A stretch of 64,000 nucleotides of DNA. Origin: Camelus dromedarius. Taxonomy: Eukaryota. The DNA lies in assembly GCF_036321535.1 (NCBI RefSeq), contig NC_087436.1, positions 75,890,001-75,954,000 on the forward strand, read 5' to 3'. Below, in pieces: positions 58,556-64,000 of this stretch (the first letter of the stretch is position 1; every line of letters starts with the position of its first letter). The translations under genes and the position numbers were made by a program. The notes beneath the pieces are model-generated. The model was not told the origin of the DNA, did no database searches, and was given only the letters and a program-made list of their open reading frames with translations.

Positions 58556-61500
58556 TGAGTTCAATTGATTATTTTCCCCTTGCCCCCACAAAGTATTTCC
58601 TATTGAGTAGAAGACAGTGGTGGATAGAAGAAAAATAATAGCACATTTTATCTTCTTAATCCTGAGATGGAAGGCTTAGGTATAAAAAAAAAGCAAATAA
58701 GGGATTTCCAGATAATCTAACTTTTTTAACAGCTTTTTTTTTTTTTTTTAGAATTTAGATTATATATGATGGTTAACTTTTTTTTTGATTGGAGTGCAGT
58801 TTTGGTTGATCACAGTATGGAAAAGCTGGACACAACTCTTAAGTAATAATGCTGATAATTTTCTGGAGTTTTTAGGATCTTTTTAATGGAAACTAACTTG
58901 AGTAAAACTTTTTCAAACTTATAAGCATATCATTGACTAACCTCTATATATTGAGGTTCTTTATCATTTAGTATATAAATCTGGGTTGGACTATTGAGAT
59001 AGATAATGTCTTTATATAGTTGAACTTTATGTTAGAGTGTTAATACCTTTTTAAAAGTTACTTCATGAGTAAAATATGTTTTGGCTATATTTAATAAACT
59101 AGCAGGAAACTCTGTTTAAAATGTGAATTCATTTAAATTCAACAAGTAGTCAACCATATCTACTACTAGTGACCATATGAGGTATAGAGGAAAAATATTC
59201 CTTTTAAAATAGTTTTGGATTTTACAAGAACAGTCATGTTTATTTTGTTTTTTAAGCATACTGTTTAGAAAGTATTCGAGCATAATATGTGAAACCAAAT
59301 GAATATCTCCTCGGTGCTCCTCACCTGGCCTTCTATTATGGAGGTTGGGATACCAGAGATTCTTGCAAGATAATTAAAAAAAAAGGATTTATAATATCTT
59401 TTCATCTGTTTATATAATATACCCTTTTTCACCAGTGACTCTTAAATCTTGTATTAGTGTACGTAATTGAATCAAACCATGAATAAGTTTGATTTAGTTA
59501 ATTTGATACTGCTTATAGATCACCAGCTGGTATGACTCAAATTCATTTTGCTCTCCTTAGCACTAACATTTGACTCATTAAATAGCTTACAGCAAATGGC
59601 TTACAGTATAATGTAGAAAGCAAATTCAATTGGATCTTAATTTATAAAATAAAGGTATTAGAAAAGGTGATTGTGGAAGTCTTTTCTGGCCTAATTTTGT
59701 GACTAATGTTGAAATCCATATTACCTAAAAGTATTTCAACAGCAGAGGAAGCAACAGACATCATAGCTTGACTGCTGTTTTGAAATCAAGGGTTGATTTA
59801 AAAAAAAAAAAAAAAAAACCTTGGTCTCTAAGCACGATTGATTGTTGTTATCCAATATCTTAACAGAAAGCAGGGAATCTCTTGTTGTTGTTCATTTTTC
59901 ACAAGGCTTAGAATGCATGCCAGGCAGCATACTAAATTGTCAGCATTAAGTTTAAAATTTATATCGTTCACAGATTAGTGTATGGGGCAGTATTTCTATA
60001 ATAGGTAACTGCGTATAGCTGTGGGATGACAGATACTCAAAGATAAAAAAGCCAGAAAAATAATCAGAAAACAGAATCTATGTTTATATTGTTACCAGAG
60101 ATAGAATTTTAATTTCCATGATGCCATTTTCATGCTTGTCTTAGCTCAGGTGAAATGCTGCAACATTTTAGGTGTGACTTCAAGAATATCCAGAAAAAAA
60201 TTCAATTCATATTGGTTAAGTATTATATTTCTGATCTTATTTCAAGATAATGCTGATTCAGAGAGTTACAATATTGAGGTTAAAGTGTTCATTTAGCATA
60301 TATATTTTGGGAAAAAAATTGTTTTTTGCTTTGAAGTTTCCATTGTAGGTTGTTTTTATCCTGAGAAATAGCATGCTGATTTTATTGAGCATTAGGAAAT
60401 TCAGTGAGAGGTGCTTCATGTTACCTTTCAGTGAGGAAAACTGAAGATAGTGATACTCAGCCTTCAAAATGAGGTCATTTGCTCCCCCCTGTTTCTTGAA
60501 CGGTTCTCATTGTATCCAATGGATAAAGAGGGAAATGCCTTTGGTGTGAAAAAATTAGGACACCTCATTGTGTTCACATTATGTGAAGCAGAGTATTTTA
60601 GATTTATGTTTTTTAAGTATACTGGCATTGCTATCTAAAATTGTTGTCTGGGAACTCCCACAACATTTACTCTAACAAAAGACACATTACTAAAGGTTTG
60701 ATTGACAAGATAAAACCGGCTAAAATGCAGACCTCTTTTTCCTAACTGTCATGTGCGCAGAAGAAAGGTGTAATTTAATGCAGATATTACACCATTAATA
60801 ATACAGTTTTTAGTGCTGTTAAGGAAGCCTTATGCTCAATTTGCTGCACAAATGCTGAAAATATCTTTCTTATATAAAAAAGCATCAAAAATTTTTAAGC
60901 CACATTGAATTGGTTATTTCTATTCAGAATCTTTACAGTTTTGTTAGTTATATAGTAAATAACTAAGTAATGATTTTGAACTAATACATTGAAATTTCTA
61001 GAGTCTTTAAACTTTTTTCATTGGAAGTCTGTTATAATATTGAAGATAATGTTTTATAAATTAATATTGTTAAACTCACAAAGGTGTTTCTGCCTATTGT
61101 AATCTTCATAGTAGTTATAAAGCTAGTGTATTTGTTAATTAGGTTTGCTAAGTTGATGTGTGGAGAAAATCCAACAGAAGAATGCTGATTTTCTAAATTT
61201 TAGATTGCCCAAATTTCAGTATTGCTGATGTAATTGTGTAGTAACTATTGGATAATTTTATACAATCTGTTTAGAATTAGAAATGCTCTTTATACTCTTA
61301 AGGCTTGTAGGTGACTTCTTGTGACAATATGATTTCTTGAGCAAAAATCACTTTTTATTACTGCTTCTCAGGTTTGAGCTATTAGCAGCTTAGCTAAATA
61401 TTTCCTATGCTACTTTTCCAGATGCAAGTTGTGTTTTAGGGTGTTTTGTCTTCATTGTCAGCAAGTAGATTTGCTGGTGCTGTGATGTTTATGAATCCAT

Positions 61501-61773
61501 GCAAGTGAAGCAGACAGAGCCCTCCCCTTTTGAATTTTATATAGATTACCCAGGTACAAATATGATTAGTATAATGTAGAATAAAAATTATAGGATTATA
61601 CACAGAAATATAAAACTATTTTTATACTGTGAAATAATGACATGTACTTACGAATGATCAGTGAAAATGTATTGATGGTTGTCTGATAAATATAACTGTG
61701 CTGGCTAACTCATATTTGGAATTTCAGGAATTTAAGACATGCTTTATAGTGAAGTTTTAAAAAGATGCTTCTA

Positions 61774-61814
61774 ACATTGTAAAATGATTATAAATCAATA
61801 AAAAATGTTAAAAA
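61774..61814 (+). mobile_element. Ultra-short L1 3'-tail insertion (41 bp)
   Basis: Matches the reverse complement of ~9170-9206; perfect 15-bp TSD aaaaagatgcttcta. Confidence 0.88.
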
Positions 61815-62206
61815 AAAAAGATGCTTCTAGGAGGAACCTTGTGCTTACTTTATTGGTTATTATAAGCTAGTTATGTACTAAATATATATTTTCCTTGTGG
61901 AAGAAATGAAAGTGTAATTTTTTCCCCAGAAGGAACCAACCACTTTTAGTTTTAATTATACCATTCATGATCTAGAGTTCGATGATAACCTTAATTCAGC
62001 CAACTAGCTACAGATGTGATAGAAAAATATGGGAATGATACAGTTAAGTGTCTTTTAAAAAATTAAGCACATTAATTTGTTTCAACTTAAGTTGAAAGGA
62101 CTGAAAAGAAACATAAGGCTTTTGGTTTTTTTAAATAATATATTAAGTTTTTGATTGTGGCTTATTTTTGGGTCTTGTGGTTAAGTTGATACTTGAGCTC
62201 TGATGA

Positions 62207-62383
<177 letters not shown>

Positions 62384-62449
62384 TGAAAAAATTGTAAGAT
62401 ACTGTACTTAACAGCTTGCTGTTTCCATTCCTTTTCTTTTTTAAAAGAT

Positions 62450-62535
62450 TTAATTTTTTATTGAAGTGTAGTTGATTCACAATGTTTCAGGTGTACAGCC
62501 AAGTGATTCAGTTACACATATACATACATACATAT
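62450..62535 (-). mobile_element. Short L1 3' end
   Basis: ttttattgaagtgtagttgattcacaatg...gtgtacagc...gattcagttacac. Confidence 0.7.
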
Positions 62536-63224
62536 AATATACACACATATTAAACCTAGTCTTTTAATTTTATGTTATAATTTTGTGAAACTATAGTGAA
62601 GAAATACATTTAAAAAGATATTTATAAGGCTTTTATAGAAATGAAAGCTGCCTAATTACTGATTAGTACATGGGCATTTTTAAACTCTAGATAAGCTTTT
62701 ATAGAACATAGATATTATATAATTAGTGAAACTGGAATTTCTGGAAAAACTTACACCATAACATTTAATTATTCAGTCTTTGTACTTTTGAAGTTTAAAT
62801 ATACAGATCTATTGCTTCTTCAGATCAAAGTATTGACAATCTTAGATTGAAGTTTATATTGCCACCCTTTTCAATATTTATTCTGTATTGATTATAAAAT
62901 TGGAAAGCCCCCTAAGTGTAGTATCAGAAAGAATAATCCTGTGGGCCTTTGATTCCAAAAGAATACTTCAGTATTCCTTCCAAACTCCTTTGAGAGTTTT
63001 TCCTTTCCTTTTGATAGGTATTATAATTTAATTTTTTATATATGCTCATGGTAAAATTTCTGAAAAAGATGATTTGGGGGAGGGGGAGGACCATTAGATA
63101 TTAAACTATGTTAGCAAGCTGCAATATTTAAATAGCACTGCTCAGTACTGTTTTAATTAAAGTGTTTCTAGCATTGCTATGTTTTCTCCATTTTAAACAT
63201 CCTCTGTCATAGCCTCCAGCCACA

Positions 63225-63760
63225 GAGATCAATGCAGTAGAAAAGAAGGTCAGTCGAAATATATTTGAGGTTTTGTATGATAAAGATGACAATTCAATTT
63301 AGTGGGGAAAACAGATGGAAATGCAAAAGTTTATTATCTATGTGTAGACAAAAAAATAAGGCTGAATCTCTACCTTGAACATTATACTAAAATTTCAGAT
63401 AAATCAGAGACTTAAATGTGAAAAATAAAATGTAAATATACTTGAAGAAAATAGATATAAATTCACTTATAACACTGGAATAGGTAATATATAAACTAGG
63501 CTTTTAATCTCAGGAGCTAGAAAAAAAAAGATGAATCCATTAATATATAAATTTAAACCATTGAAAGTCCCTTCAAACCATGAACCCTAGCATAGAGTCA
63601 AATGATAAATGGGAAAAAAAATTTGTTACACACTTGACAAATGGCTATCTTTTGTAGTTTATGAAGCTCAAAAAGAAAAGGGCAAACACTCCAAAAGAAA
63701 AATAGTCAAAAGAAGATGGAGCATAAAAGGATATCTAGCCTCACTTTGCAAATTTACTTA
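63225..63760 (+). mobile_element. Old sense L1 ORF2 fragment
   Basis: A-rich, gatcaatgcagtagaa...agacttaaatgtgaaa motifs. Confidence 0.6.
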
Positions 63761-64000
63761 AAGCACAGTCTTTTTACATCTGTAATGTGGATTTGCTCAT
63801 CCTGTTGGAAATTAGAGAGTTATGTCAGTTGAACACAAAAATTACACTGCCTCATGTGAAATGTTTTTCCTAGGCAAGGGGAAGCAGAGTAATGGAGTGG
63901 GGAAGATGATGGTATAACTTGCAGGGAAAGGAAATAGCCCCGAGCTTGGCTGCTGCACTGCCAGCACGAAGACGTTCAACTGTAATTGGAGGACATTGAA

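Overview
Mammalian (placental, probably cetartiodactyl; camelid is my best guess) genomic DNA lying entirely inside the BMP2K (BIKE, NAK-family Ser/Thr kinase) gene on the + strand. The first ~46.6 kb is the 3' part of a long first intron. Six GT-AG coding exons follow (exons 2-7 by human numbering, 46602-62363), in consistent phase, encoding most of the kinase domain from the Gly-rich loop through HRDLK, DFG and APE. The introns are dense with repeats. These include a young full-length antisense LINE-1 (9165-16268) with a perfect 17-bp TSD, a CpG-rich 5'UTR and a few inactivating lesions, two older long antisense L1s each carrying a nested Tigger, several 5'-truncated L1 tails, L2, MIR, MER5, Charlie1, MER2, LTR40-like and MLT-like relics, and microsatellites. 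I see no convincing new biological system. The best leads are: (1) a possible in-frame cryptic exon with its own ATG in the L1 5'UTR antisense strand, (2) an unexplained ~150-bp direct repeat bracketing exon 4, (3) a 41-bp micro-L1 with a perfect 15-bp TSD, and (4) a duplicated forkhead-motif segment in intron 5. Repeat family names are from memory of consensus sequences and need a RepeatMasker/Dfam check.
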